A DNA stretch of 33,240 nt, from assembly GCA_044358425.1 (NCBI GenBank), contig CP054849.1:979377-1012616 (forward strand), given 5' to 3'. Both the position numbers and the translations under genes were made by a program. Under the pieces are notes generated by a model that worked only from the letters and a program-made list of their open reading frames with translations, was not told the DNA's origin and ran no database searches. This document shows positions 8,475 through 16,862 of this stretch, one piece after another (position 1 is the stretch's first letter; each line of letters begins with the position of its first letter). Source of the DNA: Marine Group I thaumarchaeote (GTDB lineage Archaea > Thermoproteota > Nitrososphaeria > Nitrososphaerales > Nitrosopumilaceae).

Positions 8475-8951
8475 ATGATATTTACAGAATTAATTACAGA
8501 TTTACAAAATGACTTAAAAAGAGAATTAGCACAAATTAGATTTTTAATTAAAAAAAATCCAGGTTTAGGCTACAACAGAATAGTAGAAATTGGAAAAGAA
8601 GTAGGTAAGAAATACAACATCAAACTAATTGTGAATTTTCCAAAAGAAGGAAGAATTGAAGAATATGAAATGTATGGAAAAAGAGATCTTAGTTTAATTG
8701 TAGATTATGATCGAAAAAGATTTCCAATGGATAGAGAAATAATAAAACAAAAAGCAATTGAGATGTTAGGAGATGTTAAAACAGAGGATGCATACATGTA
8801 TGAAAATAAAGAGGGAGTCAGAGTGTTCACAGACGATTGGAAAATAGATATCTTACCACATTCAGTACATATTTGGACTGATTTTGATGAGAACGTAACA
8901 GCATTTTGTAATTGGTTAATGGAAAATGCATATGAAATGAAGAAAAAATAA
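8475..8951 (+). CDS. Hypothetical protein
   Basis: Start moved to MIFTEL (8475) to avoid overlap with the divergent gene. Confidence 0.8.
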   Translation: MIFTELITDLQNDLKRELAQIRFLIKKNPGLGYNRIVEIGKEVGKKYNIKLIVNFPKEGRIEEYEMYGKRDLSLIVDYDRKRFPMDREIIKQKAIEMLGDVKTEDAYMYENKEGVRVFTDDWKIDILPHSVHIWTDFDENVTAFCNWLMENAYEMKKK

Positions 8952-8956
8952 TTATT

Positions 8957-9316
8957 TTATAGATTTTCTAATTGTTCAAGTAAGGATTCAGCTTCAGAAT
9001 TTTTTGGATTCAGTTTTAAAATTCTTTTACAGCAATCTATTGCTTCATCTTTTTGTTGCAATGCCAAATGAACATTGGTTTTGAGAGTTAGCATTTCAAT
9101 GTCATCAGAATTTAATTGAAAAGATTTTTCAAAATAAGGCAATGCTTTTTTTGCATCATCGACAATAAAGTAGATACTTCCCATAATGAACATAAAATCA
9201 GAGTCTTCAGAATAATCAGGTTCGAGACTTTTACCAAATGCTATTGCATCATCATATTCCCCATCTTTAACTAATTTCTTTAATTTGCGCTTTGGTTGCT
9301 TGAATAAGCCAGCCAT
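8957..9316 (-). CDS. Tetratricopeptide repeat protein
   Basis: TPR patterns: MGSIYF...ALPYFEKSFQLNSDD; AIDCCKRILKLNPKN. Confidence 0.85.
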   Translation of the reverse strand: MAGLFKQPKRKLKKLVKDGEYDDAIAFGKSLEPDYSEDSDFMFIMGSIYFIVDDAKKALPYFEKSFQLNSDDIEMLTLKTNVHLALQQKDEAIDCCKRILKLNPKNSEAESLLEQLENL

Positions 9317-9326
9317 CAGTTATTCT

Positions 9327-10847
9327 CTAATTATACCAAGCTTCAGGTTCTGCGCCAGAAGAAGTATTACTTTGACGAGGTTGTGGTACTTTCATAATTC
9401 CTTCTTTGATCAAGAATTGAATTCCTTGAATGAAAGAATTATCATCAATTGTTCCGTCAGCCCACCATCCAGCATTATTTTTAATCCAAGATGGGATTTC
9501 GTCAGAACCTACACCAGTTCCCTGAGTAGTTTTTGGTATTTTCATAATTTTCTCTTTGATCAAAAATTGAATTCCTTGAACAAATGAATTGTCATCAATT
9601 GTTCCGTCAGCCCACCATCCAGCATTGTTTTTAATCCAGGATGGGATTTTTTCAACAGGCTTACTTCCATCAGATGCAAAAATTGGAACTTCAATTTCTA
9701 AATAATCAGATGCAGATGATGGTGCAATTCCTTCAGGTGATAAACCATAAACCCAGATTACATATTTTGCAGTTCCAGGATCTTCTTTAACAATCATATC
9801 CATTACATAAACACCAGATGGAGAATACAAGAAAGGTCTACCATCATCTTGAGCAAGTGAACGTAACGGTTTCATGTTATCATCAACAGTAAAGAAATCA
9901 AATTGAACCTGGTTCAAAAATTCTGTATCATCATATTTACTGATGAATTTAATAATCCAAGACATCTCACATCCTTGAACAGGATCTTCAGGTCCGTAAA
10001 ATGCATGTATTTGATAATCAAAATTAGTAGTTGGTTTTTTGATAGAAACTTCTTTTTCATAATTAGTATCACAACCTTGTGCTGCAAAAGTGTCCTCAGT
10101 TGGAATAATTCCATCAAATGGACTTGAAGTCATATTTTCTTCGTATTTTAATAATTCAAATCTATATTCTGGTGGAGGTATTCCTTCAGAAACGTGCGTA
10201 TATGTTGCACCTTTCACAGGGAACGGGAAATCATCAACTATCCAAACTTGACTTACTGCACCACCTGTTTTCCAGCCTACAATAATTGTATCCCAAGTTC
10301 CAGATTTTATTGTCAAACTTTCAATTGCCATTGGTACAACTTGTTCACCACCAATGTTTCCAATCTTTCCCCAAGATTTTGCATCAAATGCTTTAGGACC
10401 TTTACCACCTGAACTTCCATCAGATGTTGCAAAAGCAGATAACCATGCAACAGAAGATTTGAATGCACCACGGTAAATTCCTAAATCTTCACTTCCACCA
10501 GTTGGTTCTGGAGCAATTTTTCCTAACTCCATAGTTCCAACTAATACTTTGTTACCATCAAAGACAGCAACTTCAGCTAACCATTTTGTTTCAGTACCAA
10601 CAGTGATGTCACCTTTAATCCACATATCGAGTTCAAACTTTGCACATTCCTTGTAATCTACATGACACATTGCATATGAGAAAAAGTCACCTTTTTTGAG
10701 ACCTTCACCAGCATACCAAGTAGTTCCTGGAGGATATTCATCAGAACTAACACCTCCAGATTGGAATTGTGCAAATGCAGATGTAGGCAAAAATGAGGTT
10801 ACTACCAAAATCGTCATTAATCCTATAATTAGAGGCGAATGTTTCAA
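9327..10847 (-). CDS. Secreted/surface protein with two thaumarchaeal IPxWIKNNAGWWA C-terminal domains
   Basis: Signal peptide (...LPTSAFA-Q); duplicated IPSWIKNNAGWWADGTIDDNSF.QGIQFLIKE. Confidence 0.88.
   Translation of the reverse strand: MKHSPLIIGLMTILVVTSFLPTSAFAQFQSGGVSSDEYPPGTTWYAGEGLKKGDFFSYAMCHVDYKECAKFELDMWIKGDITVGTETKWLAEVAVFDGNKVLVGTMELGKIAPEPTGGSEDLGIYRGAFKSSVAWLSAFATSDGSSGGKGPKAFDAKSWGKIGNIGGEQVVPMAIESLTIKSGTWDTIIVGWKTGGAVSQVWIVDDFPFPVKGATYTHVSEGIPPPEYRFELLKYEENMTSSPFDGIIPTEDTFAAQGCDTNYEKEVSIKKPTTNFDYQIHAFYGPEDPVQGCEMSWIIKFISKYDDTEFLNQVQFDFFTVDDNMKPLRSLAQDDGRPFLYSPSGVYVMDMIVKEDPGTAKYVIWVYGLSPEGIAPSSASDYLEIEVPIFASDGSKPVEKIPSWIKNNAGWWADGTIDDNSFVQGIQFLIKEKIMKIPKTTQGTGVGSDEIPSWIKNNAGWWADGTIDDNSFIQGIQFLIKEGIMKVPQPRQSNTSSGAEPEAWYN
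9385..9649. repeat. Intragenic direct repeat, two ~115-bp copies at 150-bp period
   Basis: 9385-9499 and 9535-9649 are near-identical and encode the duplicated C-terminal domain. Confidence 0.9.
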
Positions 10848-10970
10848 GTCTAAAAAAAATTGTCCAAACGGATAGTTAAACGTTATTCAAATTCCCAATA
10901 AATGCCAAAATATATCATAAATTTCAGTGTAAATAGGCAAATATAGAGGAATATTCAAAAAAAAATAGAA

Positions 10971-11138
10971 ATGTGTGAATGTTCCAAAGTACACTTGTTT
11001 GAAGTTGAGTTCAAATTAGATGGAATGACAGTAGTTCCTACTCACAAAAATTGCGGTTTTGGATTAGATGAGAAACAAGCCGACAAGTTCCAAAAAGAAC
11101 TAGTAAAGTCTTGGGGCTTTGAGCAAGAAGAAGATTAA
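10971..11138 (+). CDS. 55-aa Cys/His microprotein (MCECSKVHLFEVEFKLDGMTVVPTHKNCGFGLDEKQADKFQKELVKSWGFEQEED)
   Basis: Hand-translated; CxC...HxxC potential Zn site; fills an intergenic gap. Confidence 0.75.
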   Translation: MCECSKVHLFEVEFKLDGMTVVPTHKNCGFGLDEKQADKFQKELVKSWGFEQEED

Positions 11139-11171
11139 ATAAAAATAAAAAATTAGATTGTAAATAGTTGT

Positions 11172-11318
11172 TTAACTCATTTGTGAAACAGCTTCTTTAC
11201 AAACATCAGTGTTGCATTTGCAATCTGCACTGCATATACAGGCTCCTTGCATTGCACAATCACATGAGTAATCTGGATCTCCGCTATCAGCTTCGCATCC
11301 ACATGCTTGATCTACCAT
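11172..11318 (-). CDS. 48-aa metallothionein-like protein (MVDQACGCEADSGDPDYSCDCAMQGACICSADCKCNTDVCKEAVSQMS)
   Basis: 9 Cys including four CxC motifs; one aromatic residue; TTTTAAA box at about 11340-11346. Confidence 0.72.
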   Translation of the reverse strand: MVDQACGCEADSGDPDYSCDCAMQGACICSADCKCNTDVCKEAVSQMS

Positions 11319-11505
11319 GATAAGACATCATTGAACTTGTTTTAAAAGGTTAGTACAAAGTAAGAGATTATTAAAATTTTAACGTAAAGATAATAACAAA
11401 AATAGAAAAAGTCACGGGAAAATTATTTTAAATTATTAGAAATTAAAGTTGAAGATAATAAAAAATATTCATGATAGAAATTTTGAAAAAAATAAAAAAA
11501 TCAAA

Positions 11506-12390
11506 TTAGCTTTGAGAAAAAGTCTCAAGGATTTGACTACAGCTAATTTGGATAGTTTCTGCATGATGTAAAAGCAGATTAGTTTCAGATTCAATGTCAA
11601 AAGCAATTTTTAGTAAATGTATAAGATCCTCTCTTTTATTCAATTCATCTTTTATTGAAATAAAATTTTCTTTATTGATATATCCCAAATAAAAATAACA
11701 GTCAGAAAGCATTGAATTTTCAATGAAATAATCATATTTTTTTTGAATCAATTCAGAATGATTATTTTGTTCAATCATATCAGAAAACCCAATTGAAGAT
11801 TTCAGCATACGTTCTAACAATGTAGGGGTTGCTCTTTCAATACCAATAGTTTGAAGAATATTAGAAATATGATTATTGACAGAATTTTTTGGAAATTTCC
11901 GAAGTGAATCAAGCATATGTGAAGGGCTGGAAGAATTGTGATTCAAAGAAGATATGGCATCAGCCAAATAGTAGCAAGCACATTTTTGCCAACATGCGGC
12001 AAAAGGATCCTCATTTTGAATTGCATCTTTAGTTTTTTGACAACAAAACATAGATTCAATTAAAGAATTTTTTGCAAAATCAGAAAATAAAGAATCGCGT
12101 TTTTCAGAAATTTTAGAAAGAAATATTTTCAAATTCCATGATTCATCTTGAATAATTTTTAATTTATCATATTGAAGAAGTTTTTTTGTATTTGTTTCAG
12201 ATAAAGATGAGTGATGGATTGTAATGATATCATTCTCAAATGAAATGATCTGATTATTTGAGGGATTTTCATCAAAAACCATTAGATCGTAATCACAGGA
12301 ATCAAAAAAATAATCTAAATTTCGACATCCCCCTAATCCAATAGGAAAATTATCTAATCCCTGATTTTCAATAAATTTTTTTAAATCCAT
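11506..12390 (-). CDS. Hypothetical protein with nucleotidyltransferase-like N-terminus
   Basis: IGLGGCR......DSCDYDLMVF resembles the hG[GS]...DxD pol-beta NTase motif; helical C-terminus. Confidence 0.6.
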   Translation of the reverse strand: MDLKKFIENQGLDNFPIGLGGCRNLDYFFDSCDYDLMVFDENPSNNQIISFENDIITIHHSSLSETNTKKLLQYDKLKIIQDESWNLKIFLSKISEKRDSLFSDFAKNSLIESMFCCQKTKDAIQNEDPFAACWQKCACYYLADAISSLNHNSSSPSHMLDSLRKFPKNSVNNHISNILQTIGIERATPTLLERMLKSSIGFSDMIEQNNHSELIQKKYDYFIENSMLSDCYFYLGYINKENFISIKDELNKREDLIHLLKIAFDIESETNLLLHHAETIQISCSQILETFSQS

Positions 12391-12500
12391 ATATTCTCAC
12401 ACAGTATTTTTTGTATAAAGGAATCAAGTTACAAAGTTTTACAACTTTATTCAAACTCAAAACATTTCCTTTAAATTATGATGAGGTAGTTTTTGAACAA

Positions 12501-12575
12501 GCTCCTATAGTGTAGTCCGGTTAAGCATTTTGGCTTCTCAAGCCAAAGACTCGGGTTCAAATCCCGATGGGAGCA
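12501..12575 (+). tRNA. tRNA-Glu (anticodon CTC)
   Basis: Acceptor GCTCCTA/TGGGAGC, anticodon arm TTGGC-TTCTCAA-GCCAA, T arm TCGGG-TTCAAAT-CCCGA; no intron, CCA not encoded. Confidence 0.96.
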
Positions 12576-12627
12576 CTTGAATAATTCTGGTTATTGGCTT
12601 AAATAACAAAATCACAAATCATATTTC

Positions 12628-13284
12628 ATGGGTTTAAAAAATATCAACTTAAAAGAAGAATATCGTTCTGATGTGGATGATATTGTTGCAGAATTCTTTT
12701 TCCCATGCTTGAGTAATTGCATCGAATATGACAGATGTGTAAATTATCTATCAATTCAGGCATTAGCTACAATATCAATGGCATTTGATAATTTCAGTTC
12801 AGGTAAATCAAAATTAAGAATGATCACAGGGCACAGATTCAAAACAGACGATTTGAATTTATTTGCAAAATTATTTTCTGAAAAATTTACAAAATCATTT
12901 GAAGGAAAATTTATCAAAAATAGTAAAATTCAGAAATTACAAAACATTGTAAATAATGGACAAATTGAATTAAAAATTGCCATTCCAAATTCAGAGAGAA
13001 TTGCAGACGCATTTTCTGAGAGAATTGGAATTTTCATAGATGAGGAAGATGAGCAAGTAGCATTTACAGGAACATCAAAAGAATCATTTTCAACACAAAC
13101 AAGGGATTTTGAATCAGTGGATGTTTTTACATCATGGAATGATAAAACAAGAGTTGAAAGAAAAAGAAAAGATTTTGAAGACCTATGGCAAAATAAAACA
13201 AAATACGTAGAAGTGTGTGATTTTATGTATGCTGAGGAAAATAATCTTTTGAAATATTCAACAAAGTGGGTTACAGAAATCTAA
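12628..13284 (+). CDS. Stand-alone degenerate PLD-like domain (N-terminal part of PLD-SF2 helicase proteins)
   Basis: EYRSDVDDIVAEFFFPCL...YDR, FSERIGIFIDE...VAFTGTSKES...FESVDVFTSW, FEDLWQN; no helicase motifs. Confidence 0.7.
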   Translation: MGLKNINLKEEYRSDVDDIVAEFFFPCLSNCIEYDRCVNYLSIQALATISMAFDNFSSGKSKLRMITGHRFKTDDLNLFAKLFSEKFTKSFEGKFIKNSKIQKLQNIVNNGQIELKIAIPNSERIADAFSERIGIFIDEEDEQVAFTGTSKESFSTQTRDFESVDVFTSWNDKTRVERKRKDFEDLWQNKTKYVEVCDFMYAEENNLLKYSTKWVTEI

Positions 13285-13844
13285 AATTCAAAATTCCCGT
13301 CTAAACGGCTTTTATTTTCTAGGAAGTTCATTTTATTGATTTTATAATAAATTACTTCACCACGTCTTTCAATTACTGCAATTATAGGCTCTTTTCCCAT
13401 TTGAGTAATCTCATCAATCTTTTTTTGTAATGCGCCCATCTTCTCTTGTTGCCCTTCATTAAGACCAAAAATCAAGAATTTGGCACCCTTCTCACCGTAA
13501 TGGCCCCTTTCATAAACTCGGAAATCAGAACCAAATCCAAATCCGTCTTTAACAACATATCCTCTAGTCTTTAGATCTCTAAATATCAAAAATTTCGTTA
13601 GAATCTCAGGATTTGTTTTTTGACAAATATTCATAAAAGTATCAAAATCAATTTGTTTTTTATTTTTCTTTAGAAATAATTTCCGAGTGTATAACAAATA
13701 CAATGTTTCAAAAGACTTGAGAAATAATTTCCCTTGATCAATTTCACCAAATCCCTTTTGCTCAAGATCATGGATCATCTTATTTTCAGAAATACAGGCT
13801 TGATCTAAAATCAAGTCTCCTCTAACTTCAATGGTCTCATCCAT
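13281..13844 (-). CDS. endA: tRNA-splicing endonuclease subunit
   Basis: FRDLKTRGYVVKDGFGFGSDFRVYERG and terminal GEVIYYKI; likely start MDETIE at 13844. Confidence 0.88.
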   Translation of the reverse strand: MDETIEVRGDLILDQACISENKMIHDLEQKGFGEIDQGKLFLKSFETLYLLYTRKLFLKKNKKQIDFDTFMNICQKTNPEILTKFLIFRDLKTRGYVVKDGFGFGSDFRVYERGHYGEKGAKFLIFGLNEGQQEKMGALQKKIDEITQMGKEPIIAVIERRGEVIYYKINKMNFLENKSRLDGNFEF

Positions 13845-13941
13845 ATTATTGTGAAAAATGGAAGATTTCCATATAAGCATTGGAAATATGAGTAAATTGC
13901 TACCTATCGTTAAAATATGGGCGTTCATGGTTGAGATTATC

Positions 13942-14451
13942 ATGCATGGTGCAAACTATAGAGACGGAACAGGTCAAGTATTCACAAGAAAGGAATACAT
14001 CAAAGGAAAACCTCAAATTAAAATTGCAAAATTCCAAGGTGGTAAAAGAAACACATACGAATATTGTGTTCAATTATTGATGAATGAACGTCTTCAAATT
14101 AGACATATGGCTATTGAATCAACTAGATTGGCAGCTAACAAAACACTAGAAAAAACAACTGGTGAATCAGGTTACTATTCAAGATTAAGAATTTATCCAC
14201 ATAATCTCTTAAGAGAAAATAAACAAATTGCCACTGCTGGTGCAGACAGAGTTTCAGAAGGTATGAGAAGATCATGGGGCAAAGCAACCAGTTTAGGGGC
14301 AAGAGTAAGACAAGGACAATGCATCATGGAATTATACGTTAATGGAGAAACACACCTAAACGCAGCAAAGAAAGCACTTCACGGAGCATGCGTAAAACTA
14401 CCAGGAACCCCAACAATCAAAGTGATTGAATGGAACAAACCATCACCATAG
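13942..14451 (+). CDS. rpl10e: 50S ribosomal protein L10e (uL16)
   Basis: RIYPHNLLRENK..ATAGADRVSEGMRRSWGK; likely start MHGANY at 13942. Confidence 0.96.
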   Translation: MHGANYRDGTGQVFTRKEYIKGKPQIKIAKFQGGKRNTYEYCVQLLMNERLQIRHMAIESTRLAANKTLEKTTGESGYYSRLRIYPHNLLRENKQIATAGADRVSEGMRRSWGKATSLGARVRQGQCIMELYVNGETHLNAAKKALHGACVKLPGTPTIKVIEWNKPSP

Positions 14452-14706
14452 ACTTTCTAAATCAGATTTCTTATTTTCAATAAATTTTAAAAAATCTTCA
14501 AATTCTTGTTTTGTAGGATCACGTTTGAGAATTCTTTTAGTTTGGTAGAAAAAAGTATTGTATAGTCTACCAACTATAATCCCTAATGCAAAGGATTTGG
14601 AATCATCAATTGTAGAAAGAGATTTTATCAATTCTTTAATGTCATTTTGATTTGAAATGCTATCATGTATTTTTTGTTCAATTTTGTTTAAAAGAACTTC
14701 ATCCAT
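14443..14706 (-). CDS. Hypothetical protein
   Basis: 87-aa helical ORF, convergent with rpl10e. Confidence 0.75.
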   Translation of the reverse strand: MDEVLLNKIEQKIHDSISNQNDIKELIKSLSTIDDSKSFALGIIVGRLYNTFFYQTKRILKRDPTKQEFEDFLKFIENKKSDLESLW

Positions 14707-14770
14707 ATACTACTAAAGCAATGAAAGCTTAAAAACGCTTAAATCTGCAAATTCAACCCTTTGAATTGTT

Positions 14771-14847
14771 GCAGTTATAGTACAGTCTGGTTAGTACTCG
14801 TGCTTGCCAAGTACGTGACCCGGGTTCAAATCCCGGTAACTGCACCA
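14771..14847 (+). tRNA. tRNA-Gly (anticodon GCC), CCA encoded
   Basis: Acceptor GCAGTTA/TAACTGC, D stem GTAC/GTAC, anticodon arm CGTGC-TTGCCAA-GTACG, T arm CCGGG-TTCAAAT-CCCGG, ends ACCA. Confidence 0.96.
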
Positions 14848-14848
14848 T

Positions 14849-15277
14849 CTATTGATTTTTAGGAATTAATGCATTTTTTATGATTTCAAGTGCATCATGA
14901 GCCTTTTCAGGTCTAGGTAATTGAATTGCAATTACATTGTCTTGACCGTATCGGGATTCTGGTGAATTAAGTACAAGCATAGAAGTATTTGCTAAAACTT
15001 CAAAAAAGTTCAAATCAGTTTTTCCATTAACAAGAAACTTTTCTGAAATATTACCTACTGAAAAAGTCAAAACAATTTCTACAAATGCATTTCCCAATCC
15101 ATCTTGTAAAATGTTTAGATCAGTATTAACAGAAAAAGGTTGACCCTCAATTTTTGCACGAATCAAACCATATTTTTCTTCATCAATTACAATACAAGGA
15201 GTTTCTTTTCCCTCAAAATCAAAAGTAGTAATACCATCATGGACACTATCTAACATTTTTTGTAATTCATCAGACAT
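14849..15277 (-). CDS. Hypothetical protein
   Basis: Likely start MSDELQ at 15277, overlapping the antiporter stop. Confidence 0.75.
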   Translation of the reverse strand: MSDELQKMLDSVHDGITTFDFEGKETPCIVIDEEKYGLIRAKIEGQPFSVNTDLNILQDGLGNAFVEIVLTFSVGNISEKFLVNGKTDLNFFEVLANTSMLVLNSPESRYGQDNVIAIQLPRPEKAHDALEIIKNALIPKNQ

Positions 15278-16613
15278 CCTCTTTTTCCTCCAATGCAGGA
15301 ACAATTCTGTCACTTGCTTTAACTAAGAACGGGGAAATGAATGCAGTAATTATCGATATAATACCAACTAGAGGGAACAAGAATGCAGATACTGCACCAA
15401 TATCAACTCCAACTTTTACAATTACAATTGAGAATTCACCACGAGGAGCTGCTAATGTAAATGCTGAACGGAGTGCTTTTCCACGTTTTTGTCTGAAGAT
15501 AAAATTACCCAACATGTTTCCACCAAATTTCATACCAGTAGCAACAGCAATCAGAGCAATTGCAATGAAAATATAATTTTCAAGTTGTGAAACATCCATC
15601 AAAGCGCCTACAGATATGAAAAATATGGCCACAAACATGTCTTTGATTGGACTGGAAAGTAATTTTGCAACTTCAGCAGATTTTGATTCAGCTACCAATA
15701 CGCCAGCTAAAAAGGCACCAATTGCAACAGACAATCCTACAATATTTGCCAATAAGGCATAGCCAAAGCACACACCAAGAACACTAAGGAGTAAGATTTC
15801 ACGATTTTCAGCAGCTGCAACTCTATCAATTAAACCAGGAACTATTCTAGTTCCAATAGTAAAGGTTCCAACAATAAGCCCAATTGCAACTAATACAACA
15901 ACTATGATGGATTCTATAGATACAGATCCAACTAAAGCAACAGATTGTAGAGTAGAAATTAAAATCACAGCAATTACGTCTTCGACAATCAAAATACCTA
16001 AAACAAGAATAGATGATTCTTTTTTGATTTTTCCCATCTCTTCTAAAATTTTAACAATAATGGCAGTACTAGAAATCGATAAAGCTGCTGAAATAAACAA
16101 CGCATCCATAAATTGTAAACCAAGTGCAGTTGAAGCATAAAATAAAACACCTAATGTAGAAAATAGTCCCAGTGTACCTACACCAACAGATACTTTTCCA
16201 ATTGACTTGATCTTTGCATATGGGAATTCAATTCCGATAACAAATAGTAATAAAATTACACCAATTTCTGAAAACAAATGCAATGCAGAAATATCTGATA
16301 AAATTCCAACACCATCTAACATTTCAGACGGGGAATTATTTTCAGGCAAAAGCCAAGTCCAAAGAGGAGACAATGGACCAAGAAGCATTCCTGCAAACAG
16401 ATATCCAATTATCAAAGGTTGTCTAATTTTGAAAAATGCAAGTGTAACAATAGAACCGATAATCATGATAAATGCTAAATCAGTTACAAAACTTGTATGG
16501 GGTAATTCAGGGGTAACTTGTTCAATCAAAGTGTTAACAGTAGAATTTAGAGAATTTTGAATTGTACTAGAATCCAATTGTAATAAAATATTTTGCATAT
16601 TATCACTGAACAA
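15270..16613 (-). CDS. Cation:proton antiporter, CPA2 family (Kef/NapA-like)
   Basis: QPLIIGYLFAG, LLFVIGIE, SSTAII.K, LIVEDV, GAFLAG, FFISVG, PRGEFS. Confidence 0.93.
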   Translation of the reverse strand: MFSDNMQNILLQLDSSTIQNSLNSTVNTLIEQVTPELPHTSFVTDLAFIMIIGSIVTLAFFKIRQPLIIGYLFAGMLLGPLSPLWTWLLPENNSPSEMLDGVGILSDISALHLFSEIGVILLLFVIGIEFPYAKIKSIGKVSVGVGTLGLFSTLGVLFYASTALGLQFMDALFISAALSISSTAIIVKILEEMGKIKKESSILVLGILIVEDVIAVILISTLQSVALVGSVSIESIIVVVLVAIGLIVGTFTIGTRIVPGLIDRVAAAENREILLLSVLGVCFGYALLANIVGLSVAIGAFLAGVLVAESKSAEVAKLLSSPIKDMFVAIFFISVGALMDVSQLENYIFIAIALIAVATGMKFGGNMLGNFIFRQKRGKALRSAFTLAAPRGEFSIVIVKVGVDIGAVSAFLFPLVGIISIITAFISPFLVKASDRIVPALEEKEDV

Positions 16614-16677
16614 ATTTCATTAAAAAGTGATTACGTGGTTAAAATTTAGAATAATAATTATCAAAAAATCAAAAAAA

Positions 16678-16686
16678 TGATTATCA
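16678..16686. promoter_or_regulatory. TGATTATCA box upstream of the antiporter and the sRNA
   Basis: Exact motif match, plus one-mismatch TAATTATCA at 16655-16663. Confidence 0.4.
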
Positions 16687-16735
16687 AAAGATTAGCAATT
16701 TGAAACTTCTTTATGCCTAGTTATTTTAGTAAAAC

Positions 16736-16805
16736 TGCAGAGTGATGAGTAGGTCAGCAGATTAGGATTAAGATGAAGAGATATGACCTGGGGTAACTGA
16801 CTGCA
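16736..16805 (+). ncRNA. Box C/D-type sRNA (2'-O-methylation guide candidate)
   Basis: Terminal stem TGCAG/CTGCA, box C GTGATGA 16742-16748, D' CAGA 16758-16761, C' ATGAAGA 16773-16779, box D CTGA 16797-16800; TTTATG about 25 bp upstream. Confidence 0.72.
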
Positions 16806-16839
16806 ATTATGGTTACATTGGCATAACCCAATTATTAAT

Positions 16840-16860
16840 AGTACGGTACCGTACTGTACT
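16840..16860. promoter_or_regulatory. GTAC-repeat palindromic site
   Basis: Perfect 16-bp palindrome AGTACGGTACCGTACT (16840-16855); four GTAC at 5-bp period between a TATA-like box and the ATG at 16863. Confidence 0.6.
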
Positions 16861-16862
16861 AT

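Noticed and set aside
9385-9649. Direct repeats as a CRISPR array or mobile-element ends
   Set aside because: Only two in-frame copies encoding a protein domain; no spacers, cas genes or transposase.
10012-10020. TGATAATCA inside the surface-protein gene
   Set aside because: Single intragenic copy, consistent with chance.
11340-11505. Very AT-rich intergenic stretch as a replication origin
   Set aside because: No ORB-like repeats recognised and no adjacent cdc6/orc1.
13844-13943. Apparent overlap between the endA and rpl10e 5' ends
   Set aside because: Artefact of longest-ORF starts; the likely starts at 13844 and 13942 leave a normal divergent promoter.
12501-14847. tRNA-flanked segment as an integrated element
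   Set aside because: It contains core genes (endA, rpl10e); no integrase or duplicated tRNA 3' end was seen.
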